Source of the DNA: Sphagnum compactum
Taxonomy: Eukaryota
Length of the DNA stretch: 64,000 bases
Assembly (NCBI GenBank): GCA_965153455.1
Contig: OZ234494.1
Location: 3,410,001 to 3,474,000 of the forward strand
Reading direction: 5' to 3'
Shown: positions 36,860-50,989 of the stretch, piece after piece
Numbering within the stretch: position 1 is the first letter of the stretch
Layout of the letters: each line of letters begins with the position of its first letter
Program-made: the position numbers and the translations under genes
Notes under the pieces: model-generated
Told to the model about the DNA's origin: nothing
What the model saw: only the letters and a program-made list of their open reading frames with translations
Database searches by the model: none

Positions 36860-38900
36860 TTTGTTTGTTGTCTTTTCTTTTCTTTTTGCGCAAATTAAGT
36901 TCCATTTGACTGAAAATATTGAACAACATTGCATGCAACTTGAATTATATTCAAATTTAGTTGAAAAGGAATGGGAAGCAAAATTGGTGTAAAAATTGTA
37001 TAATAATTCTACTTGTGTATTATCGTTGAACCAAAAAAGAACTTTGAAAAAACGTAAATTTAAAATGCCACTTTTAATTCCATTCCTCTTTACTTGACAA
37101 GTAAACAATCACTCAAAATTATATAAAAAATTTATGAGACTATATCAAAAACAAATTACTTGCACAACATTAGTAGATACTAAAGAAATGTAATGAATGC
37201 AATGCAATCCTTTAGTGTTCTTTTCTCAAAAGCTTGTGATGTAGTAGTCAAAAGTGGGTACCATCATCCATAAGATGATTTAACCAAATTTTGGCTATAA
37301 ATGCAATATGAAAAGTTTTTAAAATAAAGCATCCACCTATTATTGGCTACTTAGAGTAACCTAGTAATGAAAACTAATTATTCAAATTTCTTTATTTTTT
37401 AGAGAATTGGTGATTAAAACCTCAAAAACAAACTTTTTCACATTTTCTATTCTTAAATTTCACAAGATTTTTTTTTTAAAAAACTTAAACATTTTTTTTC
37501 AATCAACTTTGGTACACTCCTATGTTAATGGATTGTTAATGGCCATAAGTTTTGATCAATTAAAGGTTGATGTTTGGTTTAAGGCATATTCATAGTGACC
37601 TTGGCAAACATGCATAATGTATTTTCAAAGGCACCTTACAAGGCACAATTCCCTTGCCAGCTTAAAACAAGAGGTTTCTTGTAAGAAAAACATAAAAAAT
37701 AATTATAAGCTAATATGGGTCATCATTGTTGTGCAAATAAAGTTTGTGTAAATGCATTTGGGCCTTTGATCATTATGCAAGTCAAATTTATATTTTAAAA
37801 AACCCCAAAAAAAATAAATAAATAAAAATCCCAAGCTTTTGCTTGAAAAAACAACAAAAAAAATTATCCCCCCAAAAAAAACCACAAGTATGAGTGTGGG
37901 TTTCTATTCACTATTGTTGAGCACTAATAGTGATGATCAATTGATTAATTGATGACAAAAAATGAATTGATTTTACAAAAAATCAAGTTCCATTTGAATG
38001 AAAATATTGAATGACATTGCATGCCTTTTGAATTCAATTCACATTTAATTTAATTTAATTTAATTTAATCCAAATTCCTAAATTCAATTCAAATACATTG
38101 ATTGGAACTCCCATTCCAATTCAACAATTGAAATTAAGATTGAATTGAATTGAAATGAAATGCAAATTGGTGGAAAAGGTATGGAAAATCTCTTTGTGAA
38201 TATGGTGTTGAAAACAAAAACTTTAAAAGTACATAGATCCAAAAAGACGCCTTTCCATGCCTCTTTACTTAGGAATGGGCTAGACATATTCCAATTTGAA
38301 ACTATCCAAATGATGACTTTAGGTTTATGGAACTTAAAGTTGTCCTACTTAAATCAATTCCGATGAATCGTCTTCACTAAAATTGTGTAATTTGGTATTG
38401 AAGTTATTTTCACATGTCTTTAAAATTTTAAAAAATAAAACAATGTAATTCTTAACATTTAAAATTAAAGAAATTATAAATTTTTATCAAATTATGGAAA
38501 ATAATCTTCATAATTAAATAAAACTTTATAATTTTTTTAATTTTAAATGTTAAGACATTACATTTCTAAAAATCCTTTGGGTGGGCTCATAAATCCAAAT
38601 TAACAAATTTTTAATTGAGTTAAATATTTTAATTGAAAATTAATTTAACATGAAACTTGCTGGAATTCATGGCCAAGGGGGAAATTATGGATTTAAATGG
38701 AATTTATTTCAATAGTCCAATTAATCTTTAAATTTTAACTTGGGTTCCACGCTACCAATGACAATGAAATGATAAAAAGAAAAAAATTATTTTGTGAAGA
38801 TTCAGTTCCATTTGAATGAATTTGCATAATGCAACTTGAATTCAATTCGATATCCTAAATTGAATTCAAATCTTGCATTGAATTGAATATTTGAATTGAA
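36860..38900. repeat. Three fragments of a dispersed AT-rich repeat (about 36870-36990, 37960-38390, 38800-38900)
   Basis: Shared GTTCCATTTGAATG...ATGCAACTTGAATT-like core followed by AATTC/AATTG-rich tracts. Confidence 0.55.
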
Positions 38901-41900
38901 CACAATATTCTTCTTTTTTGGATTCAACATAGTTAATGTTTATGAGCATTAGTAATTTACAAGATCTACATTTAAATACACAAGAGAAAAAATGGTAATT
39001 AACTTGTTAGAAATTAAGGAGAAACTTATGACTAAATTGTTTGACTCCAAGGAAAAAGTTTCCAAATCGGAACAATAAAATTTCTAAAGTTACAACATGT
39101 CTTTTCTAATTATACATATAAAAGATTTGAAATGTTTTTTACAAAAAAAAATTCCATCATAATATTAGTTTAGGATGTTTGTAAAGACAACATGTGTACA
39201 AAGACAATGCCACACCCACGTTGATTTAATGGTTTTTGATTTTGCATTGAACATTCACCTAAACCATGTAGTCTGCATGGACAACATTATACACATATTG
39301 TTTTAATGATTTTTTACTTTGCATGCAACATTCACTAAAGATGACAATGCACCTATAATGTTTCACTATTTTTTCACTTCACAATGAACATTCATAAAAA
39401 TTGTGTGCATTGACTTTGAATTGAATAATCACCTAAAACATGTTTCCAAAGACAACGCTCCACGCATAATGTATCAATGGTTTGTGATTTTGCATTAAAC
39501 ATTCACATAAAGCATGTTCACATACACAACACCACATCCACACAAACTCTAAATAGATTTCATTATAAGTTCTTAGTATGCTTAGATTTAGTATTATACA
39601 ATAGACATTTTGAGTCAATGTTGTTAACCATATGTGTTCTAAATGTTAATTTGCAAAACTAAAAATTTATGATGTAACTTTCACCTACCATCCTACAACT
39701 TACATATCTACCTCCAACCTACCTACTAATTACCTATTTAACCACATAACTAATGATGTGAAATAAAAGGACTTGACAAAATTTGTAATATTATTATGAA
39801 AATGTGGTATATCGGTTAAGGACTTGATTTATTTTTGTGAATGTATGAAAGGTTCAATTCCTTATACTTGTAACTTTATGTACATGTTTAGGTGTTAAGT
39901 TAAGCATGTTCAATTAAAATAGGTATGTTAATTAGCTATCACCCACCTAAACCAATTTACACTATTACATGAGATGGTTTTGATGTTGGTTTATTTGATT
40001 GAAATTTGAAATTTGTGGACAATGGACAAAAATGTCCTTAGGTAAACAAACCAATTGTTTTAAGCAAAAAATTAACTAAGTTTATTTCATTGAGATGACT
40101 AAAACCAAAAGTTGACATCGAAATACTAACTTAATTATCAAAAATAAAAATAGAAAATTATTTTCAATTCATTTATTATTGTTATTATTATTTAAGATTG
40201 AATTATGGAAGAATCTAAAACATGATCAACTTGACCTATGATTCTAACACCCAATTTTCTAGTTCTTTCTATTGAGTTGATTACCAATAGTTAATTGAAC
40301 CTACAATAGATCTTCATTATCATAACATGTCCAAAGTGAACTTTGAAACCCTCACCTACTTGGTCCCAATTTACAACCTTTACCATTCCACCACCACTTC
40401 ATGTGGTGATTTTATCACAAAATATATAAAAACACAATTTTTTTAATGTTACGATTTCATAATGACACTAGTTACACATTTACATCTTTAATGTCATTAT
40501 TATTTTTTTAAGTTTTTGGTTTGATATTGAAAATTCTCAAATGTTTTTTAAATTCAAAATGTAAAATGTATTACATTAGTTTTTCAGTATATTCATTTAT
40601 AATTAACTAATTAAATGTATTACTTGATTCAATCATGTAATCCTTAAAATTCACCAAAAAAGTAAATTTTTATTTTTATTTGGAAAAAAATTCAAATATA
40701 ATTATTGTATTAAATTTTACTTTAAAAATTTTCATATTGAAAGGAATTTCACTTCTGAAATTATATAATTCAAATTCACATGTCTTTAATTTTATAAATG
40801 TAGTTAAAATTTAAATCTAAAAAATTGCATTAGTTTAAGTTTCATATGTACATTAGTTATGTTCAATTTTGTGCAATAAATTAAAATAAAAAACTTCAAT
40901 TTGGTCTTCAATTTTCTCACATGTCATTTTGTCGTATTTCGATTTGTGTGCCCTATCTTTATTTTTACATGAAACAATACAAACAACAAATGAAAAGATA
41001 AAATTTGAGATTTACTTTCATTTATTTTAGTAATTTAGTTGAAAAATTAATGAAATGATATTTCTTATTATTTTAGTATTGTTACCTCACCAAAAGTAAC
41101 ATTATAGTTGCAATTAATCATATCTAAATGATTAATTTCAATCCCATTAATCAAGTCAAAAAATTCCATGTGGGTGCTATATATGTCATGCATCCAACAT
41201 ATTTTGCGTTTAGACTATATAATTATTATTTTTCAATCAAAATGGACATACCTCATGTTGATTTTAATCAAATTGAACATAGTCAATCATTTCGTAAAAA
41301 TGGACTTGAATCTATAATCAAAATAATCATAATGCCCCTAATGAAAAAACCATGTTTTTATATAATGTTATTACCTAACTACTTAATATTTACACCAAAA
41401 AATATTTAAATTTAAAATGATTTAAAGAAAATAAAATTGGGTATGGATTGAAGTAGTCAAATGATTTGTTGTTTACTAATCACTTTGACTAATCAAATGG
41501 TTCATTATCCACTAATCAAAAAGATCATCCTAATCACAATAGACATGTTGAAAACAACTTTTCCACAATGACTAAATGGTATTTTTTGACAGCTATCCAA
41601 ATGGGATTTTAAAAAACTAGATTCTCTAGTCAAATAAACCCAAAATTCTAATAATGAAATCTAACCTAGGAAATAATGTACTTGCACAAGTTGATGTCAT
41701 TACCCCATTTGCATGCAAAACACACGAAGGGCAAAGAAACATTAGTAGATTACTTAGAATTGCATGTTGTGATGTTTGATGAGTACTTAGATTTTCTAAA
41801 AAAAAATCATGGACAAGGTAGGAACATAAAAAATAGAGAAGCAAAATAGAAGGAAAGGGAGGAACGGGGTTAAAAAATACTAAAATTCCTTGATTGTGGT

Positions 41901-42936
41901 AGAGTTAGTAGCTCAAATAATAGTTTCAAAAAATGTGATAGGATGGAATTTGCTTTGGCTTGGTTTATAGTAACTTTCAAGGAGGTCGGAGACCTCTTTC
42001 ACCACAACTTTCAAGCATGCTTATGAACACATCCATTGGGGTTTAGAGGTGTAAACCATGGAATCATAATAAAAGTTCAACAAGAAGTCATGCAATGAGC
42101 AAAAACTAGAATGTGAGCATGAGGCCATATGTTAAACCATGGAATTTGCCAACCTAGTTACCATCAAGGAAAAAGGTTGTTGGATAAAGAAAGGAATAAG
42201 AAAAAAAATGAAAACACATGAAAGTAAGACTTGTTTATTGTTTGCTTACCATCCTACAGCAACTACCATCCTATAACAGCTATCATCATGTAACAGACTT
42301 GAAAGAATACCCACAACCACTTGCGGACCTTTGATAGTTGTTGTCTATCGTCTACAACACTTGCAGACCTTTTGTAGTTACTACCTACCATTTGGGACCC
42401 TTTGTGACTATTGCCTATTGTTTGCAACAATGTTACCTTCCCTATAGACCTCAAATATCATGTCTACCTCTTTGTTGTTGCCTTTTAGTGGTAACTACCA
42501 TCCTATGGTAGAAGGTAATTTGTATTCTAGAGAGAAAGAAGAAAGAAAGAATATCCTATTGCTCTTGTAGAAGAAACAAAAACTATTACATAACAAAACA
42601 TTATGCAATCTTAATGTGTACTACCTTCCCCAACTATCTAGCATCCTCCAAGTAAAACAAAATAAAAACAATATGATATGTTTTCAACCATTTTCCATTG
42701 CAATAATCAAAGTACAAGATATTCCATACTTTCTACCTCTATCTCCAATGTCACATACACACTTTGTCCCAAGAGAACTCTCCTAACCACATCTAATCAA
42801 GAATCATATTAAGGAATGATTCACAATCCTCCTTTTTAAAGGATAAATAAAGAACCCAAAAAGGATATTCACCACACAAGGGTTGAATCCTTATTTTCCT
42901 AGATTTTTTTATCTTTCTAAATCTCTTTATCCTAAT

Positions 42937-45431
42937 CAGGCCTCTCTATCTACGGAACAATCCCTATGTTCCGTTTTTCAATAAAATATGGCGCGCTACA
43001 GAAATAAAATATGGAATATACGGAATTTATTCAGAAATCTCTTCTATCATTGGCTTTCATTGCTAATTCTTCAGCAAAGAGCGAATCTGACGGCAGTGTA
43101 AGATCCCTTCAAGTGAAAAAGGAGTAATATTCGATCAGTGTAGATCCTTTTCCCATTTCAAAACTGAGAAATCGCTTTCAACGGTGGCCGTGTCGGGGAA
43201 AGGAAAAGCCAAGCCCCCACAGAACTCCATTAGCTTAGGAAATCGGTCCTTAATGGATGGGGTCTTCCAAGCGTCGCTGAAGTCTGTCTGCTCACTGTGA
43301 CGAGCCAAGGCAGTTTGGAGCCTTGGCTCCTTGCTGACGACATTCAGAAGCTTCTTGTGCTGATCCACAATCAAATCAATGGAATTCTGAGTCAAGGAAA
43401 CCGACAGTCGATCGTGGAATTTCAGGACTAACTAAACGACGTCGCGTGGTTTCAACGCTAGCAGTTCGTGCGGCAAGTAAGGAGGCATGCCATCGGTACT
43501 GGCGTCGTTCACTTCGTCGCGCAAAGCCTCGACTGAGCTCAACCCGTTGACGATCGACAGAACGATTTCGCCAACGGCATCCAGAACTTCAGTGCATTTT
43601 TCTGGCTCTAGCGCATCAAGAATTTGGCTGGCGAAGATGCCCTAATCTTGAATGAATCCCCTTAGGTCAGCGTAACTGACCTGCCTCTCCCCAATAACGA
43701 CGACGTCCTGCACGGCCGGTAAAGTGTCATCATCGGGAGTGAGTTCCACGAAAGCAAAACGCTGTAAAGAATCCAGCAGTGATTGAACGGCAGCCGTTTG
43801 CTGCTGTAAAGTCACCCGCCGGCCTTGCAAGCTCTCGACGCACTCACTAACGTGCGTTGAGATCTCGCTAATGACAGAGATCAAGATCCAGAAAGCAGGA
43901 GTTGGAAGCTGGTCAAAACGATCGGATGGTTCCGTTTCAGCAAAATATGTTACAATTTCCGATCGCTTCTCAACTAGAAATCGAGCAACGCACGACATAG
44001 AAGCCCACTGAGTGGCTGAAAGGTTCGGACAGATGGCTTGCATTTCCTCAACGAGGTTCTTCTGGCGCCTCAAGAACGAAATAATGGAGGTAAGCGTCTT
44101 GTAAAAGTTACAACCTACTTGCTTGTAAACCTTCTGCATAATGATGTCTATTTAATGCAACAGACACCACATTCGCATGAAGTTTGGCTTCACAACGTTT
44201 TGGATCCGTGTCACAACTCCAGAAAGATGCCCAGTCATATTTGCTGCCCCGTCCGTAGAGCAACCAATCAACTTGTCTTTCCATAAAGGACAAACAGCGT
44301 CAAACAGTTTCTCAAACATCTCGAACGTGGCCAAGCCAGTGTGCCGACCAGCAAATGGGAGAGTAATCAGATGAAGGTTTTCCAGAGCAGAGTTCTGATA
44401 GTACCGAATGCGAACATCAACCCAAGAGGTTTGCTGAAGGTCGGTTGACGTGTCAAACGCCACTGAAAACGCCCATTTGCTGCATAGAACTTGCGAAATG
44501 TGTTTAATTGAAAGCTCACATGCAATTCTGGCGTAGGAAGCAACCAAGTAATCACTACAAGCGCCGAGCTTTGGAATGTCGCAAACCTCTTTTGCATCAT
44601 GAATTGCATCTGCAGCCATGGCAAACGACATTCCACGTCCAACATAACGTGTCGCTAGCGAGAATTGCTTTGACTTGGTGATCTCTACGAGATAGCTACC
44701 GTCTTCCTTCCGTTTAAAAAGAGACAATGCGTTTTCACGTGTTTGCCCTTCCATGTCGGTTGGATGCCAGAGCATGTCGCCAATCACAACATCAACGATG
44801 CTGCTGCTGACGGTCAATTGATAGCTTCAGATCGGGGCTCGATGTAATGGCATATAGTTTCAGCGTGCTTGACAGCGACGTCGAAATATTTCGATTTCTC
44901 CTGATGTGCCAGCCCTTGGTATTCTTCCCATCGAGTTTTGTGATTCAGGCGAAGGTGCTGCGTGTAATTATCGGTTCGAAATGGAGGTCCTTCGAACGTC
45001 CAAATCGTCAACGATTTTTTAGAAGAGCCTTCGCGACCAAAGCATATGCAAAATTGGCAGCGGACAGCAACAACTTCAGAAGACATCGGGTCGCGGGCTG
45101 TAATGGAAAGTCCATATTGTATGGCATGTTTCGTCTGGAAGGGCGTCTTGCGAGCTCCAGCTTTGCAGGGACGCTTCGGAGCAGGCTCAGAGGTCTTCAT
45201 CGATCGAGCAAGAATGCAGTAAATGGCAAGGGAACGTCGTTTGGTGATCCGGAAATGCGCCACGGACTTTCAAAACTGAAATAAAGTTTTTTTTTTATAC
45301 CGTTAAAAAACGGCACCCTACGAAAATGAAATACAGATTTTTTTTGATACCGTTAAAAAACGGCACCCTCCGAAAATGAAATACGGAACTTACGGATTTT
45401 ATTAATAGATTTTCGTATATAGAGAGGCCTG
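42937..45431 (-). mobile_element. Full-length hAT-superfamily DNA transposon, 2495 bp
   Basis: TIRs CAGGCCTCTCTATCTACGGAA and (reverse complement) CAGGCCTCTCTATATACGAAA. Perfect 8-bp TSD ATCCTAAT at 42929-42936 and 45432-45439. Subterminal 2x60-bp direct repeat near 45290-45385. Confidence 0.95.
43063..45200 (-). pseudogene. Disrupted intronless hAT transposase, about 712 codons
   Basis: BED-like Zn finger (RCQFC...QHLRLNH), catalytic-type motifs VAFDTST, CSTDGAANMTG, CxxH (WCLLH) and TATVESDFS, and C-terminal FSLEGILHCRQ. One frameshift near 44815 and stops at 44152, 43642, 43432 and 43135. Confidence 0.9.
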
Positions 45432-48400
45432 ATCCTAATCCCTTACATACATCATAATTAAAATAAATCCACCCATCCCTTATCCATTTAGATTAATTAA
45501 CCTGAATGACTTCACCCCTTAGTAAATAGAAGATGATAAGTAGGATATTTACCACTAATAACTAAATAATTATTGGGATGCCCTTCTAAATGAATTAAAC
45601 AAGGATATTATTTATAATAACAAATATTATTTTTATTATAATTTTTCCTAGAATCAACTTTTGATTATTTTGCCCCATGAAGGTAGTTCACTGTATTAAC
45701 AGTATTATCATCAGAAAACACTTTCACTCTAGAATTCTCCTGAAATTATTTTGCCATCTGATGGTAACTACCATCTAATGAAGGTGCTACTGTCTTTTAA
45801 CACCCATGGTGTTTAATCAACATAGGACAATTTACTATCATTAACACCATATTTTAGCAATGTTGCACCTTTCTAATTTCTAACTAAAAGAAAAGGGCAG
45901 TGGGATAGGGGATCAAAACTAAGATTAAAACCTTAAAAACAATACTAGGATCAAAAGTTTAAGATTGTCAAAAGGACTAGGGCTAGGATTGACAGCTCAA
46001 GAGTAGGATGAAAATAAAGATATGAAACATTGATACATATGACATTGACATTTAATATTTAAATCTTGTGTGTGTGTGTGTGTAGGGTTTAAATTATACA
46101 TTTTGGGAAATTCATTATTTTGATGTTCAAGTTGTTTTGTGTTTAAAAAGTTTAACTTTTAAGGATTGTTATGTTTAAAGGTTCGAAGGTTTTACAATTG
46201 TAATATCATTTATATAAATTACAAGGTTCAAAATTGTAAAACTTTAAGGTTCAAATATGTCACATGATTATGTTTAATTCCATTTATTTTATATATACAT
46301 TTAAATATTCAACTAAACAAGTTAGATTACAATTATTCTATGTGACTAATTTTTCAATAGGTTAATAGGTAGTTTTTTTGAATTATTATAATACCATTTT
46401 AGAATTTCACTAATATTTTAGCAATATTTAATTCTTGCATTTTTTAATGGATGTGCTTGTTCACCTTTGCCAAGCAACACCCACATTCATACCATTGTGG
46501 AAAAAGTAAAACATCATTTATTGTTTACTTACTTAAAGGTTACAAATATCTAGCCCTTTAACAAAAAAATAAAACTTACCTTGTGGCCTTATTGCCATTT
46601 TAGAATCATCATTAATTGCACCTGAACCAAAAACAAAATAATTTTCCAAATGGTGTTACACAAACAAACAATCAAAAAAAATTACATCACCACTAATAGT
46701 CTAAAAAACTTTAATCACCATCATTCAAAGCAACTCCTAAACCCACTCCTTCATAACCAACCCTTAATGTGGCATTTGCTTGCATCAGCATTGTTCAATA
46801 AACCAAAAAAAAAATTGTGCTCAAAACCATTTTTCAAATACCTCCTAAATAGTTGAACCATAATTACATATTTGATTTACATCAATACCGTTCAAAAACA
46901 CTGGAACTCACATCACACATGTATCGCCATCTTCAAATTATCATCGCAATCAACCATTAACAAACAAACAATGTATAAACAAAAATGTTCAGAAGTTTCA
47001 AGCAATAGGGGTCAAACGTCTTGCTTTACACACACCACAAACAAAGAAACAATAAACAAAAACATGCACAAAAAATAAGAATAGTAAGTTCTTACAAGCA
47101 ATGGTCTCATGGGATTCCAAAACCTTGCTTATCACCACCATTTGTGACTACACAATGCCAAAACATTGAATTTAAGACACATTTTGAACCTCCACCCAAA
47201 CCTATAAGGGCAACCAAACCCCAAACTAAACTCTAAGCCAAAATGAACCAAACATTTGTGAATGTCAACAAGTCAAAAATCAAATTAGTTTCCATGTTTG
47301 AACAACTCATGCTCCTATTAATAATCTTCTTCCTACTATGCTCCACTTCAAGCTCCTGATAGAGTTTTTCGAGCTCCTTTCACATCTCCCTTTTTCATGA
47401 TCCTATCCTAGCTCAAATGGATGTTTTTTTGCATTTTTATTTTGGTTCCTCTTCATGATGATCCTCTTGCAAGTTTGAGTGGTGGATGAAGGTGCTTAAG
47501 TAGGTGATATTGATGCTCATCAAGATCCTATTTTGTTTCCTTTTTTAGTGAGTCCTATTGATTTTTTGGAGCTTGATTTTGTCCTTGTCCACTTAATACT
47601 TTTAAAATTTGATTTCCTCTTAATGTTATTTAATTTCAATGTCCAACCTAGTCCTCTTAATGCTCTTGAATTTCAATATCCTTGTGATTTTCTTGAGTTT
47701 TTATTTTGCTTCTAGCCCCCTTGGGTGCTCTCGAGTTTTGGTTTATACTAGTGTTCTTGAGGTTTCAATCTTGGTCTTAGTCCTTGTCTCGCTTTTGAGG
47801 TTGAATATTAAGAATCACTTGCCTTGATGACTACATTTTCAAAGAATCCGTAAAATAGAATATGTAAATGAAAAAATAAAAATTTGTCAAATGTTTGCAT
47901 AATACATTTTGAATATTAATTGTTGTAAAATTTCATTAAAAATTTCAATGTCAACTTAAGTAACCAATCACCAAATGGAAATTAAGTAGTGGTTACATCT
48001 TGCAATGGCTCCTTTTACCCAATTTGAACCCATTTGAATATGGTTTACAAAATAAAATAAAATAATGAGAGTAATGAATCTTTAAACTATCCATAAATTA
48101 AAATTGGCACATAAATAAGTAAAATTTATTATTTATTAAATCTTAAATGTCAATGGCATGCATATTATAATGTTATAAGTATTATAGGATTGGAACAGTA
48201 GTATGTTTAATTTTGGTCTATATGATGATTTTGTAATTCATGGTATGTAATAAGAACCCTAGATCTTTTAGGTCTACAACCAAATCCTAATAGATCAATA
48301 TGTTATTTATTAAACCCCTAAAACTTCCTTACATATAGGCAAAACTTATATATTTAATGAAGTTATGTACTATAAATATGGTCCTAAAGGCTATAACCAA

Positions 48401-49810
48401 GGGAAAGTTATAATTAATTAATGTTATGCAATAATTCCCTAGAATTATGGGCAACCAAAAGTCAAAACATTATTTCACAATAATTGAATCTATTCACAAC
48501 TAATACATTAAATCTTTAACGCACATGCTATTTTTTTTAATAAAAACATTTATATATTAGAGATTTGCACATACCCTGTATTATTATAATTTTACTTTCA
48601 AAATATACATAATCCCATTTTTGAACTAATAAACTTATAACTTATACTCAACAACCAATATATTGCACTTTATATTTTTACTCGTGTATTTTCTACTTTT
48701 TTCGAATAATGTCCCCTTGGAATACCAGTGTATCTTTAGAACTCATGGTGGAATAGGTAGTAGAATTGTACATTGTACAAAGAATGTTATATCTTTGATT
48801 TTTGATCTTGTTTGCATAAACATTATATAGAGTTTGTGAAATTTTATGACGATTAAATAATTTGCAATAAAACCCACAAGGAAAGTAAAGTTAGGATTAT
48901 CTTGGAACTTAGAAGTTAAAATTACAAATGTGACACCTAAGAAATGATTAAAACCTATTATAAATCTTTAAACATTTTGAATCCTTAAGCCTTAAAGGTT
49001 TGAATCAATGTATATGTTTTGATTATTTGGAGTTACAATGTGGAAGCTATTGAATATTGAACCATTTTTTCAGTGAAAACTAAATAAAATTGAAACTGAA
49101 AATGATATTGGAATTTGGGGGCGTTCTTGGGGGTTGCTGGAAAGCCCTGAGCGAGTCAAATTTAATACAGTTTATTTCATAATTTTCAAAGCTAAGGTGT
49201 AAAAGGTATTGATTTTTGGGTGGATTTTGTTGTTGGAAATTCTAACAAAGTGCAAAAAAAATAAAATTGGGTTTGGAATGAAAAACCAGTTGAGCCCTCA
49301 ATGTGTTCACACTTGGGCCAACAACAGCACAGGCTACACTATGATTCATTATGACTTCTTAACATTATGGTTGTTAAAAATAATAATTTCATGGGTGTAT
49401 TTTATTTCTAAATATTATTATTAGATATAACTTTTGTCCTAGGACCCTCTCGGGTTTCATAGTATAACTTCTTGCTGGTTTAGTTGCAGAGCTTGAGATT
49501 TGGTAGTAAGTTGCACCTTGCAAGACTAATACACTTTGTCAAACAACATTAAAATACAAACAAATAGGGTTGATGGATGTATCATGGATACCTTGATGCT
49601 TCATCCATTTTGTGGATGGGGTAATAAATGCTCAACCTTCAACATTTGACTTGATTTCTTGTTACACATGACAAATGTATCCAATGTTGAGCTTGTAGCC
49701 ATGTGTTTTATGATTGATTTGGAGGGCCATATGTCCCCCTTATCTCTTAACCTTTTGGAATGATTTAAAAAGCTATACAAATGCAAACCCATTTGATGGT
49801 CTACTTGTTA

Positions 49811-50210
49811 GAGCCATTTGGAGGGATGATGATGCTCAGTATGTGACACTGCAAAAATATTTTTCACATCCAAGTTTAGTTATTTGCTTTTTTGCAGACC
49901 TACCCATCATCAAACGAGGTAAGGCACTACTAATAGCAAACCAGCTGGACCAATCATTATGATGGGCAAATCAGAAAAACCCTAAACCCACTGAGCAAGC
50001 AGCAGTGAGATCATATTCATTACGCTCTTTTCTGCAGGTGCACAGCAGAGTTGCAACTCTAGTTTGTAACAAACAGCCACCACAAACTGTGCAATTATGC
50101 GGAGCCAAAACCATCGTCCTGAGCCAAACGGGGCAGATTTTTTTTGACTTTTCTTCATCCAATTTTATCTGCACAGGATCGATCACATACTGAGCACCAC
50201 TGGAGATGCT
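49811..50210. mobile_element. MITE-like element with about 30-bp TIRs (left one decayed)
   Basis: Left TGCTCAGTATGTGA (about 49833) is the reverse complement of right TCACATACTGAGCA. The right end ...CCACTGGAGATGCT reads AGCATCTCCAG on the minus strand. Interior similar to 26560-26868. Confidence 0.65.
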
Positions 50211-50470
50211 GACTTAGGTGCAGGATCACATACTGAGCACCACCGGAGATGCTTACTTAGTCGCAGGATCACATACTGAGCACCACTGGAGATGCTTACT
50301 TAGTTGCAGGATCACATACTGAGCACCACTGGAGATGCTTACTTAGGTGCAGGATCACATACTGAGCACCACTTGGAGATGCTTACTTAGTTGCAGGATC
50401 ACATACTGAGCACCACTGGAGATGCTTACTTAGTTGCAGGATCACATACTGAGCACCACTGGAGATGCTT
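50181..50470. repeat. Tandem array of 7 x 43-bp units, followed by (CTTA)n
   Basis: CAGGATCACATACTGAGCACCACTGGAGATGCTTACTTAG(G/T)TG repeated almost perfectly. Confidence 0.93.
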
Positions 50471-50629
50471 GCTTGCTTACTTACTTACTTACTTACTTAT
50501 TCACAGTTTGTGTTTGGACCCCAGAAACAAAAGAAAGGACGGGTGACCAGGAAGAGAGGAGAGAGGTGGGCCTTGAGACACTGAAAAGTGTTCAGTTCAC
50601 TGGCCTGGATATGGTACTTCGTAGCGAGC

Positions 50630-50669
<40 letters not shown>

Positions 50670-50989
50670 CGAGCAGCAGCATGATTTGAAGCATGAAAAG
50701 CGTGGGGGCGGCGCCATGGCTCTCTCGATTCTCCTAGTGGCTGCGAAAAGGAACCCGCATGGCGTGCGGAAATCTCACGAATGGTAACAGCCCACCAGGA
50801 AAGCTTAAATTCCGCAACTCTAGGAACGGAAGAGGCGTGGTCGGCGTCCGCCGCTGCACTTGGAAGAAGATGTAAAGAAAATGGCGATCAGCCACCCCAG
50901 CCTACCCTAGGAAGATTTAGCCAAATCTGGCTACGAAACCCCACATATCTGGCTACTAACAAAATTTTAAAGACAATTTTCTACCTATT

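Noticed and set aside
46480-47850. Possible decayed coding or TE sequence
   Set aside because: Many stops in the frames examined, no diagnostic motif and no termini, so it cannot be classified.
50181-50470. CRISPR-like array
   Set aside because: Units are contiguous with no unique spacers, there are no cas genes, and the context is eukaryotic. Explained as a TIR-derived minisatellite.
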